DNA of 64,000 nucleotides from an uncultured Bacilli bacterium (GCA_949025205.1 CARMXJ010000002.1:48-64047), one strand, 5' to 3'; counted from the stretch's first letter, positions 9,916-19,792 are shown. Numbers and translations: made by a program. Notes: generated by a model not told the origin, from the letters alone.

Positions 9916-10314
9916 TTATAAGATTTTGGAATCTTCTTGGTTATCATCAAGATATTCTTTTATTTGGACCATCCGTTCTTTGCTTTGGTTAATCATAGTC
10001 AACATTTTTTCTTTTTGTTCTCGTTCTTTATCAGTAGAAGGATTTGTCAAAATATGAAGTATTTCAGTTGCTTTTTCATTAGGCAAAGTAGAAATGTTTA
10101 AAGCAAGATTAAAAGCAATGTTTTCATCCCCTAAATAATCAAAAGTATGAGCGTATTCTTTTATTTTTTGGTAATATTCTTCCATTTTTTGATTATACTC
10201 TATTTTATTTGATGCAAATACATTGTTGTTTTTTAAATCTTGTAAATTGTTTGCCAGTTTACGTAATTCTTCTAAAGAGACTTCTTGTGAATATTCATTA
10301 TTTGTTAGTTCCAT
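9916..10314 (-). CDS. hypothetical protein
   Basis: 132-aa ORF, acidic and coiled-coil-like, immediately downstream of the helicase gene. Confidence 0.5.
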   Translation of the reverse strand: MELTNNEYSQEVSLEELRKLANNLQDLKNNNVFASNKIEYNQKMEEYYQKIKEYAHTFDYLGDENIAFNLALNISTLPNEKATEILHILTNPSTDKEREQKEKMLTMINQSKERMVQIKEYLDDNQEDSKIL

Positions 10315-10372
10315 ATATATTTTCTCCTCTTATATTGTATCTATAACTTATTATATATTATATGCATGTTTT

Positions 10373-11851
10373 TTAGAGATTTTCAATATATATTTTGTAT
10401 TTTTTTATTTCTTTTATAAAGATAGAAGGATTGAAATAGGGGATAAGTAAAAAACAGTAATTTTTTGTTCTCGTTAAGGCAACATAAAAAAGTCTACGTT
10501 CTTCTTCGTATAGAAAATCTTCTTTTGGTTGAATTAAATAGGTAAGAGCATGATTTTTTCTTTGGCAAGGAAGTCCTAGTTCTGTATTTTCTAAATTGAT
10601 TAGAATGACATTCTCGCTTTCTAAACCTTTGGATTTATGAATTGTCAGATATCTTAATGTATAATCTTTGTTTTTTAATGTAAAATAGCCATTTTCTTGC
10701 CACGCTATTTTGTCTTTTGGAATAAACTTAAAAATATCAAAGTTATTTCTTCCAAGAATTAATATTTCTCCTTTGCCAATATATTCTATTATTTTTAAAA
10801 GTGCTTTTTCTCTGTTTAGGTATTTTACTATTTTAATAGGTTTATTTAGTGATTTTTTTGATTTTAAATCTTTATGAATTTGTTTTTTATTTTTCATGAT
10901 AAAATCACCTGCTACTTTAATTAGTTCTTGGCTGTTTCGATAGGTATTTTCAATTTTAAATGTTTTTGCACCAGGAAAATATTCTTGAAAATTTAGAAAA
11001 ATATTTAAGTCACATCCAGAAAATTTATAAATGGATTGAAAATCATCTCCTACCACGGTTAAGTTTGCATTGGCATTTTTTACGACATAACTAATAAACT
11101 CTAAACGAAGTTTTGATGTATCTTGAAATTCATCAATGATAATTTCTTGATAGTGACATATCTTTTTATCTTTGCAGAGGGTAGTTGCTTTTTTAATTAA
11201 ATCATCAAAATCGTAATAGAAGTTTTGCTCTTTTTCTTTTTCATAGAAATTTAAAATGGCGTAAATAATATAAAGAAAAGGTTTATTTTTGTTTTTGGCA
11301 AAAAGATTTTTAAAATCTGTTTTCTTTAAATTGTTTGTGCTATAAAGATAAATAAAAGTTGTGATTGTCTTTTTTAAGTTTTGATAATTTGTACTTTGTA
11401 AATATTTTTGGTACATTTTTTTAGTGATAAAATTTTTTTTATTTAGTATTTCTAATTGTTTTTTTAAAAGGGCATTTTTCCATAATAGGCTATTAAAAAA
11501 GATATCGATTGTTTTTTCTAAGTAATTTTCTGGAGCAATTTCGTATTCTTCGTTTTCAAGTTCTAAAATATGGATGGCCAATTTGTGAAATGTGTAGACA
11601 TTTACTTTTGGATTGTCTATTTTTTCTTTTAAACTTTTGGTAGATTCGTTTGTAAAAGAAATACATAAAATACTTTCTGGTTTTATCTTTTTTATTTGGG
11701 TTAAATATTTTATTTTACCTACTAAAGTTAGTGTTTTTCCACTTCCGGCTCCTGCAACAATTAAAGAATATTTCTTTGCTTTTAAAATTGCTGCTTTTTG
11801 TTGTTCATCTAAAGCGTATCCGTTAATATTATCAAAAAAGTTTTCCTTCAT
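10373..11851 (-). CDS. UvrD/Rep-family ATP-dependent DNA helicase (short form)
   Basis: Walker A GAGSGKT near the N-terminus, VGDDFQSIY motif, and a LTIHKSKGLE-type motif. Confidence 0.7.
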   Translation of the reverse strand: MKENFFDNINGYALDEQQKAAILKAKKYSLIVAGAGSGKTLTLVGKIKYLTQIKKIKPESILCISFTNESTKSLKEKIDNPKVNVYTFHKLAIHILELENEEYEIAPENYLEKTIDIFFNSLLWKNALLKKQLEILNKKNFITKKMYQKYLQSTNYQNLKKTITTFIYLYSTNNLKKTDFKNLFAKNKNKPFLYIIYAILNFYEKEKEQNFYYDFDDLIKKATTLCKDKKICHYQEIIIDEFQDTSKLRLEFISYVVKNANANLTVVGDDFQSIYKFSGCDLNIFLNFQEYFPGAKTFKIENTYRNSQELIKVAGDFIMKNKKQIHKDLKSKKSLNKPIKIVKYLNREKALLKIIEYIGKGEILILGRNNFDIFKFIPKDKIAWQENGYFTLKNKDYTLRYLTIHKSKGLESENVILINLENTELGLPCQRKNHALTYLIQPKEDFLYEEERRLFYVALTRTKNYCFLLIPYFNPSIFIKEIKKYKIYIENL

Positions 11852-12040
11852 GAAAGCATTTTATTTCTAAATATAGGAAATGTCAAAAACTAGATTTTCT
11901 TCTTTTTGTAGAAAAAAATTAGAAAAGCTTTCAAAAATAGAAAGGATAGGGAGTCAATATAAAAAAATGGAAGGAATTTAGAATAAATAGACAAAAATAA
12001 AAAAAAGGTGCTACAATGTTTATCATAGGAGGCTAGTTTT

Positions 12041-13705
12041 ATGGATAAAGAAAAAGAGAAAAAAAAGACCACAACTTCTTCCCGACAAAATAATACCAAG
12101 AAAAATAATACTAGCAAGAATCAAAATCTGAACCAGAAAAAAACAAATAATAATGTTAAGAAACAGAATGGCAATCAAAAAAACAATGCTGTAAGTAAAA
12201 ATGTCTCTGTTCCTTCTAAAAAGAGTAGTAATAAACAAAGTGAAAGTGCGAAAAAAAATACGGTTGGGGACAGTAACCCTAAAAAGTCCAATGTAGTTCA
12301 AAGAAATGCAAATATACAGGGAAAAAAGACGAATAAGGTAAGTTCTAGTCATTCAGATGTAAAAAAAAATGCAAGCAAAAGTCAAGCGGTGACAAATAAA
12401 AGTCCAAAGAAAAAAACGAATTCTTCTCCAAAATTATCCAATCAAAATGTAGAAAAGAAGAATATTACGCAAAAGAAAACCAAGAAGGTTTTGGAAAATA
12501 AAAATGTAAAAACAGCGATAAAAAAAGAAGCAGAAAATAGAAAACCAAATGTTTCTACTAATTTGCAAAAAGAAATCAAAGAGAAAAAGCCTTTAGAAAA
12601 AGTAAAATTAAAAGAACAAGAGACAACTAACCAAAATATTATTACAACTAAAAGTTTGGATATTGTCAAAAATACAGAAAAAGTATCAAAAGCAAAAAAG
12701 AAAACGATTTCTATTGTAGAAGAACCAAAAGAAGAGATTAAAAAAAAGAAAAAAATATATAAGAAAAAAGTAAATTTTGATACAGCTCAACCGAAAAATA
12801 AAAAAGATGTTAAAGAAGTTTTTGCAAGTAAAAAGAAAGAACAAGAAAAGCAATTAAAGAGTGTTGCAAAGAAACATGTTAATACAAAATTGGTTTGGCT
12901 ATTATTTATTATTACATTTACGGGAGCTTTTGCTTTTTCTACTATCAATATTGTAAATAAGTCGATTGATAAGACAGTTACTTTAAAAGAACAGGAAGAA
13001 ATTGAAGAGATGACAGTAATGGAAGAACTTCCAGAGGATGAGACAAAACAAGAAATTGTAAATGCACCTAAGGAAAATGTGATAAGTGATTATTGGAAAT
13101 ATGTGCGTCTTCCTTTAATGAAAGTTGATTTTAATGAGTTACTAGCAAAAAATGAAGAAACAGTGGCTTTTTTGAAAGTAAATGGAACCAATATCAATTA
13201 TCCAGTTGTGCAAACAAAGGACAATACCTTTTATTTAGACCATTCGTACGATAAAACAAGCAATGATGCAGGATGGGTATTTATGGATTATCGAAATAAG
13301 ATATCTGATTTTGATGACAATACCATTATTTATGCTCATGGAATGACTAGTTTTTCGAGTGAAAATACCACGATGTTTGGTTCTTTACGAAAAATTTTAA
13401 AAAGTGATTGGTACGAAAATACGGATAATTACGTTATTTACTTATCAACACCAACTATTAGCACTTTGTGGCAAGTTTTTTCGGTTTATAGTATTCCTAC
13501 CGAAACCTATTATTTAACCACGAACTTTGGTACAAAAAAATCTTATAAAGAATTTATTAACACATTAGTTGGTCGCAGTGTTTTTGATTTTAATGCCGAG
13601 GTAAATGCAGAAGATAAAATTCTTACTTTGTCTACTTGTTATGATAGTGAAACAAAAGTTGTCATGCATGCCAAATTAATTAAAAAACAGAATTTAGGAG
13701 AGTAG
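12041..13705 (+). CDS. class B sortase with long Lys/Asn-rich N-terminal cytoplasmic extension
   Basis: The C-terminal domain has NTIIYAHG and LTLSTC (TLxTC catalytic Cys) motifs of SrtB. It is preceded by one TM helix (VWLLFIITFTGAFAFS) and about 280 aa of low-complexity K/N/S-rich sequence. Confidence 0.75.
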   Translation: MDKEKEKKKTTTSSRQNNTKKNNTSKNQNLNQKKTNNNVKKQNGNQKNNAVSKNVSVPSKKSSNKQSESAKKNTVGDSNPKKSNVVQRNANIQGKKTNKVSSSHSDVKKNASKSQAVTNKSPKKKTNSSPKLSNQNVEKKNITQKKTKKVLENKNVKTAIKKEAENRKPNVSTNLQKEIKEKKPLEKVKLKEQETTNQNIITTKSLDIVKNTEKVSKAKKKTISIVEEPKEEIKKKKKIYKKKVNFDTAQPKNKKDVKEVFASKKKEQEKQLKSVAKKHVNTKLVWLLFIITFTGAFAFSTINIVNKSIDKTVTLKEQEEIEEMTVMEELPEDETKQEIVNAPKENVISDYWKYVRLPLMKVDFNELLAKNEETVAFLKVNGTNINYPVVQTKDNTFYLDHSYDKTSNDAGWVFMDYRNKISDFDDNTIIYAHGMTSFSSENTTMFGSLRKILKSDWYENTDNYVIYLSTPTISTLWQVFSVYSIPTETYYLTTNFGTKKSYKEFINTLVGRSVFDFNAEVNAEDKILTLSTCYDSETKVVMHAKLIKKQNLGE

Positions 13706-13808
13706 TCTTCTTTTTTTGAAAGGAGCAAAAGGTAAGCTATGTTAAGAATTTATCGTAAATGTCAATAAAAAAATGAATATTTATTGTTAAAAAGTGTCAA
13801 AAAAATAA

Positions 13809-13836
13809 TTGACAATCTTGACAATCCGTCGTATTA
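13809..13836 (+). promoter_or_regulatory. sigma-A-like promoter (TTGACA-16-TATTAT)
   Basis: TTGACA at 13809-13814 and TATTAT at 13831-13836, about 30 nt upstream of the RBS/ATG at 13865. Confidence 0.5.
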
Positions 13837-13864
13837 TAAATGCAGAATAGGAGATAGGAAAAAT

Positions 13865-15169
13865 ATGTTAAATTGGAAAAAAATGCTAGGCTTAACAATT
13901 GCAACTGCTGCTTCATTCAGCATGTATACAAACGTTTTCGCTGCATCAGAACCTATATTACTTGAAGATAATACTACTTTAGGAATTGCTGCAAGTGATA
14001 CTCGTGAAATCGTATTTGCTAATGGAACACCAATTACAATTGAAGCTAGAACAAATGAAGCTGGAGAAGAAGTACCTGGAGCTGTCATTAAATATTATTG
14101 GGGAGGGCAACAAGAAAAAATAACTGTTTCAGAAGATGCTACCATTTTTGGTGGAAGTCATAATAATGCTGAAGAAATTAATAGTACTTCTATTACAATG
14201 AATGGTGGTCAAGTTGCTCAAATTTATGGTGGAGGCTTACATACTAGTAACGTAAATTGGGCAAATATATATGTATATGGTGGAGAAGTTGATTTTGTTT
14301 TAGGTGGTGGAGCAGCTTATTGGGCTCGTACACATTGTAGCGATTACGAAAATATAGCGATTACTGCTGAAAATAAAGCTAATTCTAAAAACGTTGTAAA
14401 TAATACCCATGTAAGCATTCAAGGCGGAAAAGTTAAACTTGCTTATGGTGGAGGAGAATCTAGTGCTTATACAAAATATGGTACTTTATCTATTGGAGGT
14501 AGTGCCGAAGTAGTGCAAGCAGTCGCAACTGGTTCTAATGGATTTATGGATAGTGCATCTGTAAACGTTGATGGAGGTACTATTGGTATTCTTTCTTTAG
14601 GAAATCGTGGATTTATAAATGATGCCTCTGCTTACATTTCAGGAAATGCTAATATAGAAACGGCTTATTTAGGGGCAGATGCAGATGATGCTAAAAATAA
14701 TGCAATCATTAATTTGGCTAGTTTGTATGTTTATGGCGGTCATATTGGAACTTTAAAAGATGGAATTAATCAAGCTGCAGATAAGATGACTTTTGTAACA
14801 GCCGTTGAGGGTGCTATTGAAAATATGAGTGTATCTGATACTGTAACAAAACAAAAATTTTATACAGTAACTTTTATTGGGGAAGATGGAGAATGGGAAG
14901 ATGCTCTTATAGAAGGAACTCCTTTAAAAGATTGGTTCTCTGAAGAATTTTTTGAAGAATATGAATTATTAGATGAAGCTGGAAATAAAATTGACCCTGA
15001 AACACTTGTTACAGCAGATATGACTGTTAAGATTGCAAAAATTAGTGCTGAAGATAATAAAGCCCCTGCAGCACCTGAAACTTATGATAATACCTATACA
15101 TTTATAGGACTTGGGGTTTTAAGTCTATGTGGACTTGGAATTGCTACTAAAAAATATTTAACAAAATAA
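13865..15169 (+). CDS. secreted beta-helix-like surface protein with C-terminal sorting-signal-like anchor
   Basis: Signal peptide MLNWKKMLGLTIATAASFSMYTNVFAASEP. Repeated YGG/GGG motifs suggest a parallel beta-helix. C-terminal APETYDNTYTF followed by the hydrophobic IGLGVLSLCGLGIA and a KKYLTK tail. The start is at the ATG with an AGGAGA RBS; the track ORF starts at 13784. Confidence 0.6.
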   Translation: MLNWKKMLGLTIATAASFSMYTNVFAASEPILLEDNTTLGIAASDTREIVFANGTPITIEARTNEAGEEVPGAVIKYYWGGQQEKITVSEDATIFGGSHNNAEEINSTSITMNGGQVAQIYGGGLHTSNVNWANIYVYGGEVDFVLGGGAAYWARTHCSDYENIAITAENKANSKNVVNNTHVSIQGGKVKLAYGGGESSAYTKYGTLSIGGSAEVVQAVATGSNGFMDSASVNVDGGTIGILSLGNRGFINDASAYISGNANIETAYLGADADDAKNNAIINLASLYVYGGHIGTLKDGINQAADKMTFVTAVEGAIENMSVSDTVTKQKFYTVTFIGEDGEWEDALIEGTPLKDWFSEEFFEEYELLDEAGNKIDPETLVTADMTVKIAKISAEDNKAPAAPETYDNTYTFIGLGVLSLCGLGIATKKYLTK

Positions 15170-15189
15170 AAGTGCATTTATAACTAAAA

Positions 15190-15220
15190 ATACTTGTTTT
15201 AAAGAACAGGTATTTTTTTA
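15190..15220 (+). terminator. rho-independent terminator
   Basis: 9-bp stem atacttgtt/aacaggtat (one G-U) followed by T7. Confidence 0.7.
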
Positions 15221-15310
15221 TTCACTTCTTTTTGTTTCTTAAACTTTTAAAATAGTATATAATAAAAGAAGTTATAAAAGAAAAGATATTTAGAAGTAAG
15301 GATTGATGGT

Positions 15311-16492
15311 ATGTATAGAAAAACGTATGCATGTATAGATGGAAAGATTTTAGAAGAAAATACAAAAGAAATAATAAAGAAATATAATCATTATCAATAT
15401 TATTTTGGAGTTGTGAAAAACAATGCGTATCATCATGGTATTCGAGTGGTGCAAAATTTAATTAAGGAAGGTATAAACTACTTAGCGGTTTCCTCTTTAG
15501 AAGAAGCTTTGGAAATTCGTAAATATAATGTGGAGATACCTATTTTGGTTTTAGAACCTATAAACTTAGATTATATAGATGATGCTATAAGCAAAAAAAT
15601 TACGTTAACTGTGGATAGTTTGGATTATCTAAAACAGTTAAATAAAATGGAACTTGCTTATTCTTTGCTTATTCATTTAAAAATAGATTCTGGAATGAAC
15701 CGCTTAGGCATTAAAACTCGAAAAGAGTTAAATGATGTTATGAAGTGGATAAGTAAAAACGATAAGTTGTATTTAGAAGGGATATATTCTCATTTTGCAA
15801 CGACGGGAGTTCATGATATTTATTACGATAAACAACTTTCTACTTTTAAGGAGATTACAATGGATGTTGATTTAACAACGATTCCGATTGTTCATTTAGA
15901 CAGAAGTTTAACCCTTGTTACCCACGAAAAATTGGATTTTGTCAATGGAGTGCGTTTGGGAATTGTTTTATTTGGCTTTAGTGGCAGTCGAAAAAAAAGT
16001 ACGGGCATTAAAAATGCTTTACGAGAAATGAAGAGAAATTGGTATTTAAAAAGACACTCTGTTAGTAAAACGATTTTGGAAAATGATTTAAACTTGCGTA
16101 CAGCTTTTTCTTTGTATTCAGAGGTGATTTCGGTACGAAAAGTTTTAAAAGGCGAAGTGGTTGGTTATAATGCTACTTATAAAGTAAAAAATAGTGGGTA
16201 TATCGCAACACTTCCTGTTGGATATGCCGATGGGGTTACAAAAGAATTTGGGTGTGTTGTGATTCATAAAAAAAGATTTCCGATTGTAGCGGATTCTATG
16301 GATATGATTATGGTACTTGTAGATAAATCTGTAAAATGCAAAGATAAAGTAGAGATTTTTGGAGATACTATAAGTATTAGAGAAGTAACGAGTAAATTAG
16401 GAATAAATGCATATCATTTGTTTAACCAAATCAGTAATCGAGTACCAAGAGTGCATATGGAAAGTGATGAGGAGTTTGAAGTCAAATACTAG
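15311..16492 (+). CDS. alr: alanine racemase-family PLP enzyme
   Basis: VVKNNAYHHG (PLP-Lys motif), HLKIDSGMNRLG and PVGYADG motifs. A roughly 30-aa insertion between the YG and the second domain is unusual. Confidence 0.8.
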   Translation: MYRKTYACIDGKILEENTKEIIKKYNHYQYYFGVVKNNAYHHGIRVVQNLIKEGINYLAVSSLEEALEIRKYNVEIPILVLEPINLDYIDDAISKKITLTVDSLDYLKQLNKMELAYSLLIHLKIDSGMNRLGIKTRKELNDVMKWISKNDKLYLEGIYSHFATTGVHDIYYDKQLSTFKEITMDVDLTTIPIVHLDRSLTLVTHEKLDFVNGVRLGIVLFGFSGSRKKSTGIKNALREMKRNWYLKRHSVSKTILENDLNLRTAFSLYSEVISVRKVLKGEVVGYNATYKVKNSGYIATLPVGYADGVTKEFGCVVIHKKRFPIVADSMDMIMVLVDKSVKCKDKVEIFGDTISIREVTSKLGINAYHLFNQISNRVPRVHMESDEEFEVKY

Positions 16493-16503
16493 GAGGTGAG
16501 TTC

Positions 16504-17712
16504 ATGGATTTTGAAGTTTTAATTTTAGGGACTGATGCCAATGCTTATTATATGGCGAGGTGTTGTTATGAGGCGTATCATAAAAAAGCGTATTTGATAG
16601 GACAAAATCGTCTGGCATTTACGAAGTTTTCAAATATTTTGCATGTAGAGTATCAAAACATTTGGGATAAAGAAGTTTTTTTTGAAACACTTAATGCTTT
16701 TGCAAAAGAGCATGCGGGGAAAAAAATAGTGTTAATCAGTACGAATGAAACGTATGCTGAGTTTATTTCTGGAAACAAAGAGAGAGTATGCGAACAATAT
16801 GTGTATAACTATCCAACACTTGAGGTTATCAAAAGTTTAACCAACAAAGAAAATTTTTATAAAACGTATCAAAATTCGTGTTTGTGTTTTCCAAAAACAA
16901 TTTACTACGATTGTAAAGAAGATAGAAAGAACTTTACAGATTTGATGTATCCTATTGTTGTAAAGCCTTCTAATGTAGTTTCTTATAATCATTTAAGTTT
17001 TCTTGGAAAACATAAAATTTATAAAGTAAAGGATGAAGAAGAACTTTTACATACTTTAGATACTATAAAAAAGGGTGGTTATGAAGATACTTTGATTTTG
17101 CAAGAATTTATTCCAGGAGATGATTCCAATCTGTTTGATGCAGTTGTTTATGCCAACCAAAAAGGAAAAGTAGAATTTATGAGTTTTGCGCAAATAGGAC
17201 TTCAAGAAAGAACCAAATCGATGGTAGGAAATGCTGCAGTTCTTATCAATGGATTTAATACGACAAAGGGAAATGTAAATAAGGCGGCTAAAGAGATTAA
17301 AAAATTTATGGAAAGTATTCATTACCAAGGTTTTGCTGAGGTGGATATGAAGTATGATGAACGGGATAATACATTTAAAGTTTTGGAAATCAATGCAAGA
17401 CAAGGAAGATGCAGTTATTATGTAGCAGCACTTGGAAAGAATTTAGTTCGCGTTTTGGTTGAGGATTTGCTATATCATATCGAAAATGATTACGAATTTT
17501 TAGATAAAAAAGTGTTGTTGTCTTTTGTACCAAAAGGGATTGTCAAAAAATACATTCAAAATAAAGCCTTTAAAAAAGAAGCACTTCGTTTATGGAAGAA
17601 AGTGGTTAAACCAATGGATGCTCCGCAAGATAAGAATTTCAAACGTTTTTTAATGCTTCGAAAAAGATGGCTTCATTATTATAAAGAATACAAAAATAGT
17701 TATTGGAGGTAA
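16504..17712 (+). CDS. ATP-grasp carboxylate-amine ligase (D-amino-acid ligase-like)
   Basis: PIVVKP, ILQEFIPG and EINARQGR motifs of the ATP-grasp fold. Overall architecture resembles AslA-type D-aspartate ligases. It begins 12 nt after the alr stop. Confidence 0.6.
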   Translation: MDFEVLILGTDANAYYMARCCYEAYHKKAYLIGQNRLAFTKFSNILHVEYQNIWDKEVFFETLNAFAKEHAGKKIVLISTNETYAEFISGNKERVCEQYVYNYPTLEVIKSLTNKENFYKTYQNSCLCFPKTIYYDCKEDRKNFTDLMYPIVVKPSNVVSYNHLSFLGKHKIYKVKDEEELLHTLDTIKKGGYEDTLILQEFIPGDDSNLFDAVVYANQKGKVEFMSFAQIGLQERTKSMVGNAAVLINGFNTTKGNVNKAAKEIKKFMESIHYQGFAEVDMKYDERDNTFKVLEINARQGRCSYYVAALGKNLVRVLVEDLLYHIENDYEFLDKKVLLSFVPKGIVKKYIQNKAFKKEALRLWKKVVKPMDAPQDKNFKRFLMLRKRWLHYYKEYKNSYWR

Positions 17713-17718
17713 TAAACT

Positions 17719-19554
17719 ATGTGTGGAATTGTTGGATTTGTAGATGCAAGAAAACCAAAAGAGAAAAAAGAAATTATAAAGAAAATGGCAGATAGAATTA
17801 TACATCGTGGTCCAGATGCCGAGGGGTATTTTACGGATGCTATCGTAGCTTTAGGACATCGAAGACTTTCTATTTTGGATTTGTCTAGTGGAGCGCAACC
17901 TATCTATAACGAAGATAAAAGCCGTATGATTATCTTTAATGGAGAAATCTATAATTATGCTAGTTTAAAAGAAGAATTAGAAAAAAAAGGGCATAAATTT
18001 AAAACAAAAACAGATACAGAAGTTATATTACACGGATATGAAGAGTATAAAGAAAAGTTATTCATGCGTCTTCGTGGAATGTTTGCTTTTGTGATTTACG
18101 ATAAAAATACCAAAGAGTTGGTAGGAGTTCGAGACCATTTTGGGATTAAGCCTTTTTATTATTATAAAAATAAAAATGTGTTTTTGTTTGGTTCGGAGAT
18201 TAAATCTTTTTTAGAACATCCTGATTTTTCTAAAGCCGTCAATACAAGGGCTTTAAAGATGTTTTTGATTTTTCAATATTCTGTGCATGAAGAAACTTTT
18301 TTTAAAAATGTGTATAAGTTAAAGCCAGGGCATTATTTTAAATATAAAAATGGAAAGATGACAGTAAAAGAGTATTTTCAGGTGGATTATGAAAAGAGCG
18401 ATAAACCGTATGATGTTTATAAGAAGGAATTACAAGGCGTTTTAGAAGAATCTATCAAGTATCACCAAATGACAAGTGATGTAGAGGTCGGTTCTTATTT
18501 GTCTGGAGGAGTGGATTCTTCTTATGTTGTTAGTGTTGCAAAACCTGATAAGACTTTTTCGGTGGGATTTGATATGCCAGGGTTTGATGAAACGAATCTT
18601 GCTCATGATTTATCAAAAATGTTGCATATAAAAAATTACCAAAAGAAAATTACAAGTGATGAATTTTTTAACATTTTACCAACCATTATGTATCATACGG
18701 ATGAACCGCATGCGAATCTTTCGACTGTACCTTTGTATTTTTTATCTGGTCTTGCTCATGAACAAGTAAAGGTTGTGTTATCGGGAGAGGGTAGCGATGA
18801 GATGTTTGCAGGGTATAACGAGTATTATGAACCTTTGAGTTTACGTTTGTATACGAAGTTACCTCTTGGTTTACGTAAATGTATTGCTAAGCTTGTAAAG
18901 CCTCTTCCACATTTTCCAGGACAAAATACGTTGAAATTGTATGGCAAACCATTTTATGAACGTTATATTGGACACGGAACGTATATGTCTGAAGAGGAAG
19001 CAAATGAAATCCTTACCCCTGATTTACGAAATGATGAGACAATTGCAGATGTGATAAAACCTTATTACGACAAAGTAAAGAACTGTGATGAAGTTACCAA
19101 AAAGATGTATATCGACATGCATTTTTGGTTACCACAAGATATTTTATTGAAGGCAGATAAAATGACGATGGCTAATTCTATTGAACTGCGTGTTCCCCTT
19201 TTGGATAGTGTCCTATATTCTTATGCCAAAGGGATTCCTACGAAACATTTGGTGCGCGATAAACAAACAAAATATCTGTTTCGAGATATTGCAAGGGAAA
19301 AGATTCCAGAAGAATGGTCAAAAAGAAGAAAACTTGGTTTTCCTGTTCCTTTTTCAAAATGGATAAGAGAAGAAAAGTATTATGAAATGGTTAAAGAAGT
19401 GTTTGAAAGAGACTATGTAGAAATGTTTTTTGATAAAACCTTGATTCAAAATTTATTAACAGAACATTATCATAATATTAAAAATAATGGCCGAAAAATT
19501 TATAATATTTATGTATTTTTGCTTTGGTACGACATATATTTTATAAAAAATTAA
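17719..19554 (+). CDS. asnB: asparagine synthetase (glutamine-hydrolysing) family amidotransferase
   Basis: MCGIVGF Ntn-Cys start, SGGVDSS PP-loop, 611 aa. Confidence 0.85.
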   Translation: MCGIVGFVDARKPKEKKEIIKKMADRIIHRGPDAEGYFTDAIVALGHRRLSILDLSSGAQPIYNEDKSRMIIFNGEIYNYASLKEELEKKGHKFKTKTDTEVILHGYEEYKEKLFMRLRGMFAFVIYDKNTKELVGVRDHFGIKPFYYYKNKNVFLFGSEIKSFLEHPDFSKAVNTRALKMFLIFQYSVHEETFFKNVYKLKPGHYFKYKNGKMTVKEYFQVDYEKSDKPYDVYKKELQGVLEESIKYHQMTSDVEVGSYLSGGVDSSYVVSVAKPDKTFSVGFDMPGFDETNLAHDLSKMLHIKNYQKKITSDEFFNILPTIMYHTDEPHANLSTVPLYFLSGLAHEQVKVVLSGEGSDEMFAGYNEYYEPLSLRLYTKLPLGLRKCIAKLVKPLPHFPGQNTLKLYGKPFYERYIGHGTYMSEEEANEILTPDLRNDETIADVIKPYYDKVKNCDEVTKKMYIDMHFWLPQDILLKADKMTMANSIELRVPLLDSVLYSYAKGIPTKHLVRDKQTKYLFRDIAREKIPEEWSKRRKLGFPVPFSKWIREEKYYEMVKEVFERDYVEMFFDKTLIQNLLTEHYHNIKNNGRKIYNIYVFLLWYDIYFIKN

Positions 19555-19572
19555 ATTTTTTTTATGAAATTA

Positions 19573-19601
19573 TTGACATAATTTAACTATTTTGTTATAG
19601 T
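19573..19601 (+). promoter_or_regulatory. sigma-A promoter of tRNA operon (TTGACA-17-TATAGT)
   Basis: TTGACA at 19573-19578 and TATAGT at 19596-19601, 19 nt upstream of tRNA-Val. Confidence 0.6.
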
Positions 19602-19619
19602 TGATTATGTCCAGTACAT

Positions 19620-19696
19620 GGGCGCTTAGCTCAGTTGGTTAGAGCACCTGCCTTACAAGCAGGGGGTCATAGGTTCGAGTCCTATAGCGCCCACCA
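19620..19696 (+). tRNA. tRNA-Val (TAC)
   Basis: Anticodon stem-loop CCTGC-CTTACAA-GCAGG; acceptor GGGCGCT...AGCGCCC-A-CCA. Confidence 0.85.
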
Positions 19697-19708
19697 TTTA
19701 TTTTTTTT

Positions 19709-19784
19709 GCCGACATAGCGTAATTGGTAGCGCAACTGACTTGTAATCAGTAGGTTGGGGGTTCGATTCCCTCTGTCGGCACCA
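19709..19784 (+). tRNA. tRNA-Thr (TGT)
   Basis: Anticodon stem-loop ACTGA-CTTGTAA-TCAGT; acceptor GCCGACA...TGTCGGC-A-CCA. Confidence 0.85.
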
Positions 19785-19792
19785 TTCATTTT

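Noticed and set aside
11613-12669. Several 75-109-aa ORFs (11613-11870, 11890-12117, 12023-12352, 12442-12669)
   Set aside because: They are antisense or out of frame to the helicase and the sortase low-complexity region. Their hydrophobic/F-rich composition is typical of AT-rich shadow frames, with no RBS.
13706-13808. T-run after the sortase gene as a terminator
   Set aside because: There is a T7 tract but no convincing preceding hairpin.
17056-19366. ORFs 17056-17403 (-) and 19181-19366 (+) within the ATP-grasp and asnB genes
   Set aside because: They are embedded in and out of frame with well-supported CDSs.
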